Positions 28,582 through 44,247 of a stretch of 64,000 nt of DNA are shown in pieces. How positions within the stretch are numbered: position 1 is the stretch's first letter; every line of letters starts with the position of its first letter. The notes beneath the pieces were generated by a model. It ran no database searches and was not told the origin of the DNA. It saw only the letters and a program-made list of their open reading frames with translations. The position numbers and the translations under genes are program-made. The stretch is from Octopus vulgaris (lineage: Eukaryota), in the NCBI GenBank assembly GCA_951406725.2, contig OX597832.1:45818001-45882000 (forward strand), in the 5' to 3' direction.

Positions 28582-28860
28582 GCCTGGCTCATAAGGGCCG
28601 GTTTCCCGGTTTCTTGGTGTATAGGTTCCCCACCTGGACGAGACGCCGGTCCGTCGCAGGTGAGCTCCAAGATGCAGGAGGAAAGAGTGAGAGAAAGTTG
28701 TGGCGAAAGAGTCAGCAGAGGTTTCGCCATTACCTTCTGCCAGAGCCGCGTGGAGCTTAAGTGTTTCGCTCATAAACACACACATCGTCCGCTCTGAGAT
28801 TCGAACCCACGGTCCCTCGAGCGCGAGTCCGCTGCTCTAACCACTAGGTCATGTGTCTCC
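28581..28860 (-). mobile_element. tRNA-derived SINE (head H1 + tail T2)
   Basis: Reverse-complement homolog of 57166-57466. Confidence 0.8.
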
Positions 28861-29185
28861 AAGTAATTGATTTGTTAAATACTAAATTTGGTAATTGTTT
28901 AATTAGTGGACAAATAATGATTTTTTTCTAAAGGGAAACAATAATTGAAGCAAAACGCCAGCAATACTAAGGAGGAGGAGGGTTAATGGATTATATGCAC
29001 ACCTGCATTAAGGTGGTACTTTAATTTATCGTAACCCGAAGATGTTATTGTCAGTTTTGACCTCGGTGAGAATTCAGCTTAGAATTTGAAAAATCATAGC
29101 TCCATATCTCAAAAGGATTTGTCCGATACAATAAAGATTTTTATCAATTTAAAACCGTTAGATGTGTGATACTAATGACAATACT

Positions 29186-29403
29186 CTCTTTATTCTTTTA
29201 CTCTTTCACTTTTTTCAGTCATATGACTGTGGCCATGCTGGAGCACCGGACTTATTTTTTGTAAGCTTAGTACTTATTCTATCGGTTTCTTTTGCCGAAC
29301 CGCTAAGTTACGGGGACGTAAACACACCAGCATCGGTTGTCAAGTTATGTTGGGAGGACAAACACAGACACACAAACACACACACACTCACACGCACACA
29401 CAG

Positions 29404-29478
<75 letters not shown>

Positions 29479-29654
29479 AATACATATATACGACGGGCTT
29501 CTTTCAGTTTCCGTCTACCAAATCCACTCACAAGGCTTTGGTCGGCCCGAGGCTATAGTAAAAGACATTTGCCCAAGGTGCCATGCAGTGGGACTGAACC
29601 CGCAATCATGTGGTTTGTAAGCAAGTTACTTACCACACAGCCACTCCTACGCCT
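29186..29654 (-). mobile_element. SINE family A, near full length
   Basis: Reverse complement of the family-A consensus with internal CA/TA repeats. Confidence 0.85.
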
Positions 29655-30649
29655 ACTGTGGAACAAAAGTTTTATTTATTTTTGTGTTTGACCTTCAGGT
29701 GTTATTTCCGATTTGCTTCTTTCTAGAAATCAAAGGAAATGCCTACTATTTCCTTCAAACTTTGCTTTTTTCACTTGGACATCGATGTTTTGAATCTAAC
29801 CTTTATTCAATTTAATTTCAGACAGATTCAGCACTGAGTTGCCGAAACAGAAATAAAGCAAATAGTCTGCTCAATTCCAAAGATTTGCTTGTCAGTTGCT
29901 TGACCTTAACCACTTGAGGCTGCCCCTTAGTGACTGACAAAATGTGCATCTCTGATCATGAGCAGTAGTGGAGGAGTATCGTAGACATATGTTGAGAAGG
30001 ATTCTATAAGGCTTGAATAAATGTAACCAAAGTAAAGTTTGAAGGAAATATTAGCCATTTTCCATACCTTTAAGGGACAAGTAGATAAGAAATAACAATT
30101 ACTACCCAAGGGCATAAATCGTGTTACACAGTGTAATTTCTATTACCGGCTTAAGATTGGAATTTTTGTAGAATCGAGTGGGTGAATCTAACTCATCAAC
30201 GCTAGCACTCAACAGGTTCTAATTCTATCGATCCCGAAAGGATGAAAGGCGCAGTTGACAGCGGTAGGATTTCAACTCTGTAGTTTGAGTCGGAATAAAT
30301 GCTGCTAAGGACTTATTTTTGGTGTGGGAAAGAACATGCAACCTTGTCGCATTTGACAACAACACAAAACAATAACAAAAAAGCAGCAGCAATAATTAAA
30401 ACAAAATAAAAACAACAATAACAATATTGATAATAATAATAATAAAAAGAAACAAAATAGAAACAGCACTTTTGTTTTTGTCAGCAAAATGACGTTCCTA
30501 AGATATAGCAGTCTTTTTTATGGACGATTTGACATATGTGCATACATACATACCTAAATATGTATATGTAACACACACAAACACACACACACACATGTTT
30601 GTGTGCGTGTATTGATATTGTGTTATTGTGTGCATATATCTGTATATCT

Positions 30650-31020
<371 letters not shown>

Positions 31021-31352
31021 TATATATATATATATATAGACACATATATAATCATAAAAATTATACATAGTCAGAAGATAAAGAATTTAAAGTTCCATTG
31101 TTTCACCTTCTGCGTATAAATGAGTTTTCTATTAGTTAAATACACAATTAACAAAACTGCGATTAGGAAAGAAAGAAACAAAAAAAAAAACAAGAAACAT
31201 AATAATAAAGGGAAATATGTTACAGGAGAATAATTAGTTTATGCTGTTTCATGTACACTGCTGTTGATGTGGTTGTAAATTCTGAAAGTAATTATTACAC
31301 TCGTTTCGACGTGAAAACCATTACCCAGAGGCTTTTCAAGACACCACCACAC

Positions 31353-31402
<50 letters not shown>

Positions 31403-31481
31403 GTAAAACCATATATATGGAAAGAGAGACAAATAAAGATAGATATATAGATAAATAGGCAGATAGATACATACGTACATA

Positions 31482-31574
<93 letters not shown>

Positions 31575-32105
31575 GTATATATATGCAAAGAGAGACAAAT
31601 AAAGATAGATAGATAGATAGATAAATAGGCAGATAGATAGATACGTACATATATCTATATATCTATATCTATCTATCTCTCTCTCTATATATATATATAT
31701 GTGTATGTATGTATGTATGTATATATATATACATATAACCATATATATGCAAAGAGAGACAAATAAAGATAGATAGATAGATAAATAGATGGATAGATAG
31801 ATGGATAGATAGATACGTACATAAATGGTTAGATACATACAGAGATCGATAGACAAAATGGTAGCTATGCTCGTACATATATAACATGTAGCGATGTACA
31901 TTTTCATACACGCATGCGCAGCTCTAACTTTTTGAGAATACATACGTTCTCGTCTAATATACCCATGAACGTACCTACGTACATCTAAACACGCACTGAC
32001 TTTCACACTTCTACGCACATTCTATACAGACAAGCACGTTAGATTTGTAAAATTTTGTATGTGTATACGAATGTAACTTCGTACGCACGTATGCATGTAT
32101 GCGTG

Positions 32106-32137
<32 letters not shown>

Positions 32138-32601
32138 TGTATGTATGTATGTATGTATGCATATTAGAGCATTTTTGTATGCGTGTACATATATATGTTT
32201 GTGTTTCTATCTTATATGTTCGTGTGTGTATGTGTGCATATGTGTGTGTATGTGTGCGTGCGTGCAGGCATGCGTTTTCTTCAAATCATGTACACTCAAG
32301 CAGGGAGTAAATATAATAATTATTTTCGGAATCTTTCTTAAAGGTTTTGTTCTTATTGTATATTCATTCTAATTTTCGATTGAATAAAATTTATTCACTC
32401 ATTCAAGTCGTCTTGCGCGTACGCGTATTATATATATATATATATATATGAATGTTTGGATATGTATAAATATATATGAATATTTACGTGTCTTGTATAT
32501 ATATATATGAATATTTATGCTTTGTAAATATATATATATTTTTATATATATATATTTACAAAGCATAAATATTCATATATATTTACGTCTCTATATATGT
32601 A

Positions 32602-32632
<31 letters not shown>

Positions 32633-33589
32633 TTGTGTGTGTGTATGAAATATATACGAGTATGTATAATGGGACTGCATCTACTCTCATTTATAGATAT
32701 TGAAAAAATAATAAACATGAAAAATATACATTCGCATAGCTTGCCGTTAAAGCAATATATTAATAAACAAAGTAACCGTTTAAACGTATTACGAATACAT
32801 AATAAAATGTGCAATAAAAAAGAGGAAATGTTAAAAGTCATTAGTAAAAAAAAAAAATAGTGAAAAGAACTAAAGCAAAAATTGCTGCATTAGATTTAAG
32901 TGATAAATTAATCGTAAAGAATATTAAATTATTTCGTTCGTCATTAGTTCTGCTGTGACAACTTCGAAATGTTAAACTAAATAATATCTTTAAATAATAT
33001 TAACTCAGAGATGTTCCAATTAAAACACACGTTCTTAAGGCTTCTTTCGGCAAATAGAAAGTGTTAATTTGATTCCAGTAGGTCAAAAAGATTCGGATTT
33101 TACAGTGACTAAGAATTATTTCGTTGCATTTTTAATGTAACTGCAGGCAACTAAGGTAAAAAAAGAAAAAATTCCACAAAATTTTTTAAAAATCAGAACA
33201 AAAAGCAATAACAAAGTCCTTTGGTTTCCAAGAAATATTTTTATTTGTATATGTATTTTTGTTAGTAAATACATCAAAGCGAGTTACGTTATTTAATATT
33301 TAATTTTCATTACGAATTTCTGCTGGAATTAGAGTAGATTAAAACAAGTTCAAATCGATTGTTGAATGTAATCTAACGTCCCTGTATTTATTTAGCTTAG
33401 TTTAAGTTGAAGGGGTAAAGTAAAAAAATGTGACATTGTAATGTGCGATTTACTTGGTCGATTTATTTTTCTGAAAAACCCCAGCTTAACCCACATTCGC
33501 GAGTGTGTGTGTGTTTGGGGTTGTTTGTGTATGCAAGTGAGTATGTTTGAATGTATGGAAACAGACATCTTGTAGCGATTCTGATATCA

Positions 33590-33880
33590 ATATGGATGTC
33601 GTAAAATGACCAAGGGTAGTTCAGCATGTTCAATACATGGTGACGGAGTACTCGAACCAACACCAAATGTCTTGGCTGCTCTTCTCAAGAATCCAGACTC
33701 TCCACCAGGTATCAGGGATTTCCAAATCGCTGACAGTGACACAGCCTTGACCGCGTCCAGTGGCTGCTGCATTGAGGTACTTCCCAGCGAGCAGCTTTGG
33801 TGGAGCTGATGGCACGCGGCACGGGTTCTCAGGTTCCAACCTTCCGGCTTAGGTTGCAAACCCGAACATCATCGCTCGTA
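33590..33880 (-). pseudogene. Highly degenerate non-LTR reverse-transcriptase fragment
   Basis: PLDAVKAVSLSAIWKSL(I/G)IPD resembles the RT motif LDxxKAFDSVxHxAIWxxL; frameshifted. Confidence 0.3.
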
Positions 33881-34859
33881 ACCCAGAAGAGAGAAAAATA
33901 AATTGGAACATAAATTAATATTAAATTTTTAGATGGAATATTTAATTTAAGATCACTTTAAAACACATGAAGCCTGTGTCATAGAACCAGAAGATATCTC
34001 AGATGGATTGGTAGAAAAAAAAGGATTAAAAAAAGGATTAAAAAGGTAATTTATCACGCCTTTGTTGCTATAACAATCTGTAATGTATTTGAATAGTTTC
34101 TGAGCTGTGAAGTTTGTGAGGGCGAGTGTAGTCTGTTGAGACTTGGAAGAGAGCTTGGGAAATGATCAAATGTGTGTAACCAGTGTCTGCTTTTAGAAGA
34201 AGATGCAGTTGCGAAACTGAGAATGAATTGTGTTGAGTCATCTGGGATGAAAAATAAATACAGGAATCTGACAGCCTATGTTAGTTTGTGCCTGTCACCA
34301 TCTGGACCTCAGGTGTTCTAAGACCATGCATTAAAAAATTCCCCCCGCGAAATCCATATTGCGGGGACCTGCTTGAGAAATGAGCACCACGTGGTGGAGC
34401 GGTTGATGCAACGACTGCCGTTGGCTATTCTCCGAGGCATAATCCCTAAATTTTTTTTTGTTTCTTTGCACTTAAATGCTATTAATAAACTTCCTATTCT
34501 TATTTAAATACAAGTGCATTAAGGCTTCTTGCCGTCTTTATAGGAATATGGATTTACTAGGAGGTGAATATTCCCAGTCCCCTCGATCCTACACCTTTTA
34601 GTCGCCCTTACACCACGCAGAGAAATAAAAGGACTGCATTCTACCGATCCCCACTCCAGTTGTAGTAGGGTTTGCTACTTAATCCGTAGCTGGGACCCTT
34701 ACAGATGCTACCACTCCGGGCCAGAGTAGACCTGGGAACAATAGTGGCTCGGAGGAGGTTGCACACAATTCAAACTCTGAAACTAGGCTCCCACTACCGG
34801 ATGTAGTTTATGGTCATACGCCTATATAACGCCTCATGTATGTAATATAACAAGTGGGA

Positions 34860-35088
34860 GGGCGGTGAGCTGGCAGAATCGTTAGCACACCGGGCGAAAT
34901 GTCTAGCGGTATTTCGTTTGCCGTTACGTTGAGTTCAAATTCTGCCGAGGTCGACTTTGCCCTTCATCCTTTCGGGATCAATGAAATAAGTACTAATTAC
35001 GCACTGGAGTCGATGTAATTGACTTTATCCCTATGTCACTTGTTTGTCCCGTCTATGTTCAACCTCCTGTGGGCAATAAAGAAATAAA
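34860..35088 (+). mobile_element. SINE family B monomer
   Basis: GGCGGTGAGCTGGCAGAATCGTTAGCAC...GGGCAATAAAGAAATA. Confidence 0.8.
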
Positions 35089-35294
35089 TATAATGAGTGG
35101 GCAAAAGTAACAGGAATCATTATACGTATTATTGGTGTTTTTTGCTTTGTTTTCCTATGATGCTTTATAGAGATAGGAATAAATCTTATTTCATGTATTA
35201 TCTTTTACTTAGTTCAGTCAGTAGACTGCGGCCATGATAGAGCACCACCTTAGTTTTGCCAGCTAGCCGTCTTAATAATGAAAAAGATTTAAAA

Positions 35295-35745
35295 CTTTGA
35301 CACAAGGCCACCAATTTTAGGGGAGGGTTAAATAGATTACATCGACCCTAGTACTCAACTTATTGAGTACTTTATTGCGCATAAGGGGCTAAATACAGAG
35401 GGGGCAAACAAAGACAGACAACAAGGACGGGGTCGATAAATTAAGTACCAGTTACGCACTGGGGTCGATGTAATCGACTTAATCCCTCTGTCTGTTCTTG
35501 TTTGTCCCCTCTATGTTTAGCCCCTTGTGGGCAATAAAGAAATAGAAACGTTAGCACGCAGGGCAAAATGCTTAGCGGTATTTCGTCTGTCTTTACGTTC
35601 TGAGTTCAAATTCCGCTGAGGTCGACCTTGCCTTTCATCCTTTCGGGGTCGATAAATTAAGTAGCAGTTGCGTATTGGTGTCAATCTAATCGGCTGCCCC
35701 CCTCCCCCAAAATTTCGGGTCTTGTGCCTAGAACAGAAAAGACTA
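35295..35745. mobile_element. Cluster of SINE family B pieces in both orientations
   Basis: Minus-strand tail pieces at 35295-35425; plus-strand units at 35429-35745 with the alternative tail. Confidence 0.7.
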
Positions 35746-37703
35746 TTACTTATGTTTTAATAACGTAGTTAATTTCATTATATAGATTTCGAAAGATTAC
35801 ACCATGAGTACGCTTTCACTCACGAATGCAGATATATATATATATATTGACTCAGTGATATAAAGAACAAAACACAAAACGAATTTGTTAAATAGTTAGA
35901 AAATTTAATTAGATAAGTTCTTCTCATCAATCAAAGTTTCTTTCGGAAATTCAGTAAAGTATAGTCCGAAAAAGAAATGGAGTATAGAAAATGAAATAAT
36001 AAGTGGTATTTTCTTACTAATAGTGCAAATATATTTTATTACAGTACTATCAGATTTCAATCTATCATACGACACAGTCAAAGTAATTGACAAAGACAAG
36101 TATCGATGCCAGATAATGTAAGGAAATACTGTTTTCTTTCTAATTTACTATATTTTAATATCTACGTTTCTGTTGTAGCTGCCTCGATGTAAATTCAACA
36201 TTGTAATTTGAGTTGAAGAGGTAGAATGGCTTCAGTTAGACTAACGCGTGGTTCATAACTTCTGACATGGGAATGTTTCACTGGCAAGTTTGGTAGAATA
36301 CTTTGTTAGAGTAATTTGCATTCCAAACGCAACATGGTTGCCTGTTGTAAATACTAGTCTGGCTAAACCTTACTATTAGGTCGTCAAATATGAAATTTGT
36401 TGAAAAGGAAAAACGTTTGGTAATATTCTATAAATAAAAGGTATATATGTATTCATCAAAGTATGCACCTATATTCTCAATACCATAACATAGACAGGAA
36501 GAGCTTTTGTGGTTTTTAATATATAACCCAGACGAGTGGTGGGTAGTTGGCTAAAGACAATAAAATCCACACTTCTTGAATCCCTATTACATTATACTTC
36601 TGCTTAGTTGAGGAGAATAATTTGCAATTCAAATAATATTGGGTTTATTGTATGTGGTGTAGTACCGTGGTGTGCATTTGGTGGAGATTGTATTACGGTT
36701 AGTAAAGTGTCTAGATTATTGTGTTGAGGTTTTTTGCCGAGAGGAAATTCAGTGATGAATGAATAACTTGTATTAAGTTCATTGTACTTTAGCAGATTAT
36801 ATATTTGACACAGTATTAAATACAAAGAAATATGATTTATATCGAACACAATGTCTCGTTTTTTGTTGTGATGTGGTGGCTTGTGTGCCTAAATGACCCT
36901 GAGAGCTATTCCAGGGGAGGGAAAAGTCCTGGTTTGACCTCAGATATTTGACAGGTCAACACATACAGGTCGGACTAATATGGACCACAAATTCCTAGTG
37001 GTAAAATGGCTTTGCTATTGGCAAACACACTCGACCTAGAAAAAAAGTAAAGTCGCAGGAGAATCGATGACAATTCAGAACTATGTATACCTGTGAGAGG
37101 AATTTCTTCTCTGAATGAAAGATCTTAATCAAGTTATCGAAGTGGAAAGAACCAGAAAATATTCGCCAGGGGCGAAAAGAGTGGTGGAACGTCGTCGATG
37201 ATCAATACATCATAAGGAGCGAGAGACGTAGCTACGTAATATAATTTATATTCCTTGAAAATATATCACTGAAAATGTACCACAGAAAAAGTCATTACTG
37301 ATCAATTATATACGTAAGACTTTTACCAAATGATGTTGATACCTTTTCAATTCTGTTACGTTTTTATATTTTGCAATGTAACTAATGTCAAAAGTTCATA
37401 CTCTAATTTCGTATTCTATTGCTGTATGTTTTATGATCTCTCTTCCCACGGCTGATTAAATATCGACAAGCATTATAATGAAGCTGAACCTATAGATGTA
37501 TTTTTTTTCTTTTATATGAATTAGTTACTTTACTGACGTGAAAAATTTCGCAGTTATAAGTATTTTTATACACACACTTAAATGTACACACATACATATA
37601 ATGCTGCACAATAACTGTGTTCATGTTTATAGCAGACACACATTCTTGACGTACACATTCACATGGACGTATAAGTATGTAAGTCCATCGCAGCGTTTCT
37701 CAA

Positions 37704-37896
37704 GAAACAGGAAGAGAGAGTGAGAGAAAGTTCGGCGAAAGAGTACAACAGGGGTCACCACCACCCCCTGCCGTATCCTCATAGAGCTGTAGCTGTATTC
37801 GCTCAATAAGCACACACAACGCCCGGTCTGGGAATCGAAACCGCGATCTTCCGACCGCGAGTCCGCTGTCCTAACCACTGGGCCATTGCGCCTCCA
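37704..37896 (-). mobile_element. 5' half of an H1-head SINE
   Basis: Homologous to 9450-9647. Confidence 0.75.
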
Positions 37897-38852
37897 TAAC
37901 TATATATTAGTGTATGTTAGAAACACAGAGAGAGAAAGGGAAAGGGAATATACCATTAAACGTGCACGTAGATTACATGTTGAGAAATATATAAAAATTG
38001 AAACAAAATACAGATATAGAAACAGTAAGAACGAAAGTAAAAGACAAGCCAGTAGAGCAGCAGAAGCGCCAACACCCGTACAGAGATAAAATATGTAACA
38101 TAAACCAAAAATCTAAAGGTGAACAAACAACTATACACTCATACTTTTATATGAGGTTCAACGTAAATAACAAGATAAAACAAAATCCTATTTAAAGTAG
38201 AAATGTCAATGCCAAAATCTATATAACTGTATTTTCTCGTTTAATGTATTATGTCTTTTTTGTTTGTTTTTTTTTACTTTTCTCATTTTTGGTTTAATGC
38301 CTTCAAGTAATTTAAATACAGCAACAGCAAATATGACTTGTAGCTACGGAGTTGCGTTTTTGGCCCTCAACCAAATGTCCACTGGGCGTCGTTCTTTATC
38401 CGTCATCGTTTTTACTGCACGTTTCTGTAATATATATATCCACATTATATATTTAAAAAACCAAAAAACCAAAAATAAATATTAGAAACGGAATGCGGAG
38501 AATGTCAGTAATTTGCACTTTCGGTGGAACAAGTGCACAGTATTTGCAAGAGATAAGTCCCAGTGGCGGTTTCAATCCACGGTGGAAGCTATTTTATTTA
38601 TTACTCTCTTTAAATGATCGCAAGACAAAACATTACGTTTCAATTAGGCATGCTCCAATGATGGACATTTTATGTAGTCGTTTGACTGGCTAGAAATATC
38701 AACCAAATTTATCACAAATTGCACACTATTTCCTCAAATAAGGAAAGACGTCGTTAATAAAATTGAAAAATCAATCAAAAGTAAGAAATACTGGTCATGA
38801 CCGGAATGCTTTTGTTTGTGAGCCGGACACTCTAAAAAGTGAACCGTGTGCG

Positions 38853-38904
<52 letters not shown>

Positions 38905-39645
38905 CGGCCTGTCCTGTTGTCCTGTCTGTGATCGTTGCTTTTTAAAGTCTTTTGTTTTTTTACTCTGCTTGTATGTACACTTTTACTTAAATATTCTATC
39001 ATTTTCAAATATAGTCTTGCCTCTCAGCCTCTTGTAATATATATACTTACACATTTTTCAATATTAATATTTATACGTTTAATTCTCTAAAGTTTTTTCT
39101 GCTGGTGAACCGGTTGCGTCGTATTCTACTAGACACACGTGGCCTTGATTACCTTATACTTCGTTTCGACCTGTTACTATTTCTTTAAACATATCCGTTA
39201 GATTTTTATTTTCATGTTTATGTTATAGTTTACTGTACATATAGACTTGCATACACATGGATATGTCTTATTTTCTCTTTTCCGTCTCTCACTATTATGA
39301 TTATTATTTTTCCCTTTTTCAACTTGTTTGTAAATATCCGATTTTTTCCTACTGCCCCATCTGTATTCTCCCTTGCATCTTATTCTAATCTTATTTTATT
39401 CAACCTTTTTGATGTTCTTACAAACGTTCCTCACACTGATGAGAATAGCAATGCATAAATTTAATTCAATTATAATTACTATGATTATACTTTTCTTCGT
39501 ACATATTTGTATTGTCTTTCGAAACGTACGTTTGTATTGAATCCAATTTTGTATTGAATCTAATTTTGATTCAACATCGCTTTTCTCCATTTTTTATACT
39601 TGTTTATGGCATATTTATACCTATAATGAATTTTTTATCTCTTTC

Positions 39646-39724
<79 letters not shown>

Positions 39725-39729
39725 GCATA

Positions 39730-39769
<40 letters not shown>

Positions 39770-39979
39770 TATACATGTCGATATATATATACATATATAC
39801 ATATACATATATATATATATATATATACATATGTATATATATATACATATATATACATATGTGTATATACACATGTTTTTATATAAATATGTAGATATAA
39901 ATATACATATAAATATAAATGCATATAAATAGACACACATATATGATATGTATATATATACACGTGTACATATATATAC

Positions 39980-40029
<50 letters not shown>

Positions 40030-40653
40030 TGTACACGTATGTATATGAATACGTGACTATATCAATTAAAAGAAATGAAGAAATGCAGAATCTTGACAAT
40101 AAGTGTGTATGGATATGTGAGTGTGTGTGTGAGTGTATGTGTGTGTGTGTGTGCACCTGTATTTTTGCAAACTGTACTCAAGAATATTTTATCCGAAACA
40201 TCTCAATTCCATCATTTTTACGGCATACGTAGGCATTCATTGTCCTCAATATATTCAGTATTTGGTGTTGATATGCTTTATAAATTAATGCGCTCTGAAA
40301 TAGATTTTTCTAATTATCGCAGTGGGACGGATGTGCAAGAATATAACTAAACTGTAATAAAGCTAATAACAAACGCACGATATATCATTATTAATTGCTA
40401 AGAATGCGGGCAATTATTTAAATTTAAATGTGCATACGCATGTTTTATATATATGTGTAAATGCACAGGCATATATGCATAGAAATACACACGCATACAT
40501 ACATACATACATACACATACATACAGAGATATGTATCTGTATGTATAAATGTATATAGTTAAAATGGTGTTTTAAAATAAGTATGTATATCTCATGTAAA
40601 TACGTTTTGAGTTTATGTGAGCGTGATACAATCTCTCTCTCTCTCTTTATATG

Positions 40654-40688
<35 letters not shown>

Positions 40689-40805
40689 GTATTTATATAT
40701 ACATATATACATACATATGTATATATATCTATATGTGTATATGTATATATGTATATATATATATGTGTATATGTATATATGTATATATATATATGTGTAT
40801 ATGTA

Positions 40806-40845
<40 letters not shown>

Positions 40846-40846
40846 A

Positions 40847-40877
<31 letters not shown>

Positions 40878-40912
40878 AATATATAAATATATATATATAT
40901 ATATATATGTAA

Positions 40913-40951
<39 letters not shown>

Positions 40952-41003
40952 TATGTAAATATATAAATATATATATATATATATATATGTAAATATATAA
41001 ATA

Positions 41004-41034
<31 letters not shown>

Positions 41035-41152
41035 ATACATATATACATACATACGTACATTCACACAAACGCATATACATACGTACGCGTATACATGTCA
41101 TGAAGGCGCAGGAGAAAGAAGGAGAGACAGAAAGAGAGAGAGATCTAGATTG

Positions 41153-41184
<32 letters not shown>

Positions 41185-41490
41185 GTAAATATCTATAAAT
41201 GTAATTTTGTTTATTGATTTCCGTCATAAACATACGTACACATGAATCTGTCAGACACACACATATAGCTCTATATGTATATATGAATATGCAAACACTC
41301 AAATAATATTTTGTTGCCATTAAAAACGTTTTCCTAAGACACAAGATGAATATAAGACGAGCAAATAATAAAACTGATGATATTCTATTGGTAGTATGCG
41401 TTAAGAATAATCTAAATCTGAGTACATCGATTCGAAATTCCAAAGATATATGCCAAGTTCTTGTTTCAGCAATCTTTCTTGAAGACTATA

Positions 41491-41523
<33 letters not shown>

Positions 41524-41749
41524 TTCTTTATTACCCACAAGGGGCTAAACACAGATGAGACAAACAAGAACAGACAAACGGATTAAGTTGATTATATCGA
41601 CCTCAGTGCGTAACTGGTACTTAATTTATCGACCCCGATGGGGATGAAAGGCAAAGTCGACCTCAGCGGAATTTGAACTCGGAACGTAACGGCAGACGAA
41701 ATACGACTACGCATTTCGTCCGGTGTGCTAAAGTTTCTGCCAGCTCGCC
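41524..41749 (-). mobile_element. SINE family B monomer
   Basis: Reverse complement of the family-B head and unit. Confidence 0.8.
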
Positions 41750-41769
41750 TATATATATATATATGTTTA

Positions 41770-41862
41770 TGTGGAGGCACATGGCCCAGTGGTTAGAGCA
41801 GTGGACTCTCGGTCGAGGCATCGCGAGTTCGGATCTCAGACCGAGCGATGTGAGTGTTTATT
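41770..41862 (+). mobile_element. tRNA-like H1 SINE head fragment
   Basis: GGAGGCACATGGCCCAGTGGTTAGAGCAGTGGACT...GAGTTCGGATCTCAGACC. Confidence 0.65.
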
Positions 41863-42661
41863 CAACCATTGTGTGACAGGTTTTAAATAAAGGGTTCTAA
41901 TGTAGAGACAAGTACTGTAATATTGAAGGAAGGGAGATAATCCATACCATTGAACCCAGTACTTCAGTGTGACTTTATTTTATCGACTATTAAACGTGAG
42001 AAGCAAAATTAACTTCCGTGGGATTTGAACTTAAAACGTAAAGCCCGGTATGCATACCTCAATGCATGTTGCCTGATAATCTACCTCCGTAAGACTGATT
42101 TTAATAAGAGATCCTAATTTGAGCAGAAAGACCGCCATATTGAGGATATGCTGAGCGCAGTACTTGACTGGTATTTTAATTCACCGACACTGGAGTGATC
42201 AAAGCCAACGCTGACTTCTGTGGGATTCGAACTCAGAGTGGAACTACTGAGAAGTGCTTAGATGTAATGCTGACTATATGTAAAATGTTTGTAAATTTCT
42301 ACATAAACACAGACGGTATTGCATGAATGTATATAGACACACAGTACTTACATATCTGGTTGTACGCGAGGAACATGTACATGTATTACATACATGTATA
42401 TAAACAAGCATTACTTAAAGGATTCCAATACTTGAGGTTATACACACCCCATTGCATTGTACGGATGTATATAAATATGGACTACCACATATATCGAAAC
42501 AGTGTGGCATATGTTCGAGATTTACACAAGAAAGCTTTGTCGTTTATTTAATTGCCATCATTTCTTCGCATACGAAGTGAGAATTCAAATAATTCTTGAG
42601 ATGTACACACACACGCTCACACAAAAACACCCACAAAACATACATCATCAAACACACACAG

Positions 42662-42727
<66 letters not shown>

Positions 42728-42778
42728 CATATATATATACACATAAATCCGGAGGAATACATGTTATAAATATATAGG

Positions 42779-42822
<44 letters not shown>

Positions 42823-42823
42823 T

Positions 42824-42854
<31 letters not shown>

Positions 42855-43601
42855 GTTTGTATATATATATATATGTGTATACATATGTGTATGTATATAT
42901 GTGCGTGTGTGTATGTGTATGTGTGTGTATGTATGTATATATGTACGTGTGTGTATGCATGTGTGCTTGTGTGTGTTTGCACCTTCGGCTTCACATATTT
43001 TATTCGAACATTATGTACATCAATTTTCCCAAAGATTTCGGAATCGAAATAAAAATTGTCACTGCAACATTTCCATTTTAATTCCCTGTTTACAGCGAGT
43101 AAGCTATTTGATTTCCGTGTTACAGCATTTAGGAAAATTACATTTAATTCAACATTGAATGACACACAGGTACTAATTAAGGAGAATGAATAATGAAAAT
43201 AGCGGAAAAAAAATCTATAATGATAAAATGAACACAAGTAGAGAAAAAGAGAAAAAAGTAAACACGAACACGAAAATTAAATGTTATTCTACTCAGAACG
43301 TATTTATCGTCTTTCTAACTCAGCTAAAAGACTAATGTTAAATTTAATGAGGAAAACGTTGGAAATTTTATACTTTCTCCATCAAATGTCGTTTATTTAT
43401 TTCTGATAACTTAACAGAGAAAGTTTGCTGAATGAATGAAAGAATGGAAGTTTAAAAGCAAGCATATTTCCCCCCTCGCAATTGCGGCAGTTCGTTTTGG
43501 TGAAATAGCTGGCATGCGTGTACAAATAAATATAAATACATTTAGATATTCATACATGTGTATACATGCACACACACATAAATACATACATGTGTGTGTG
43601 G

Positions 43602-43637
<36 letters not shown>

Positions 43638-43887
43638 GCATATGTATATGTATATCTATATGGAAAATAATATCAAGGTAGAAAATGCTAAATTAATTTT
43701 ATAAAAAAATATTTCAGTACCGGTTCCAGCCATTGAGACTTTTTCAGCTGTAAGTATGGGAGGCAATTAAATTTCGGGAAAAATATAAGAAAAGTTTTAA
43801 AAATATATTTGCATAGTATTCAAATACAAGGGGCATTTTCCTTGTGCCTGCTTATCTACATATATATACATACACACACACACACAC

Positions 43888-43943
<56 letters not shown>

Positions 43944-43954
43944 TCTCAATGTAA

Positions 43955-44052
43955 TCTGTCAGAAGAACGGGAACATGAAACCCAGAGCAAAATTTTGTGA
44001 AAGTTTGTGAAATTTTTGTGATGATTTTTTGCAGTTTTAATAATAAAAAAGT
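43955..44052 (+). mobile_element. Degenerate family H2 copy with a hammerhead-like motif
   Basis: CAGAAGA-ACG-GGAA-CAT-GAAA-CCC-AGAG, homologous to the 14100-14118 minus strand. Confidence 0.45.
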
Positions 44053-44070
44053 ATATATACATATATATAT

Positions 44071-44235
44071 ATTGGTAAAATCGGTAAGATAACAAAAGTA
44101 AGAAAGGGACCTCAATATTATGTAAATAGAGGAAATTTATCTGTAAAATAATATGTGACAATTATACAATAGCCAAGATAAAACTCTGAGTTCCGGATGC
44201 CGAGGTGGAAATCCACAACACGATCTCTTCGGTTA
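44071..44235 (-). mobile_element. Family H3 copy between (TA)n tracts
   Basis: Reverse-complement homolog of 26355-26513. Confidence 0.65.
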
Positions 44236-44247
44236 TATATATATATA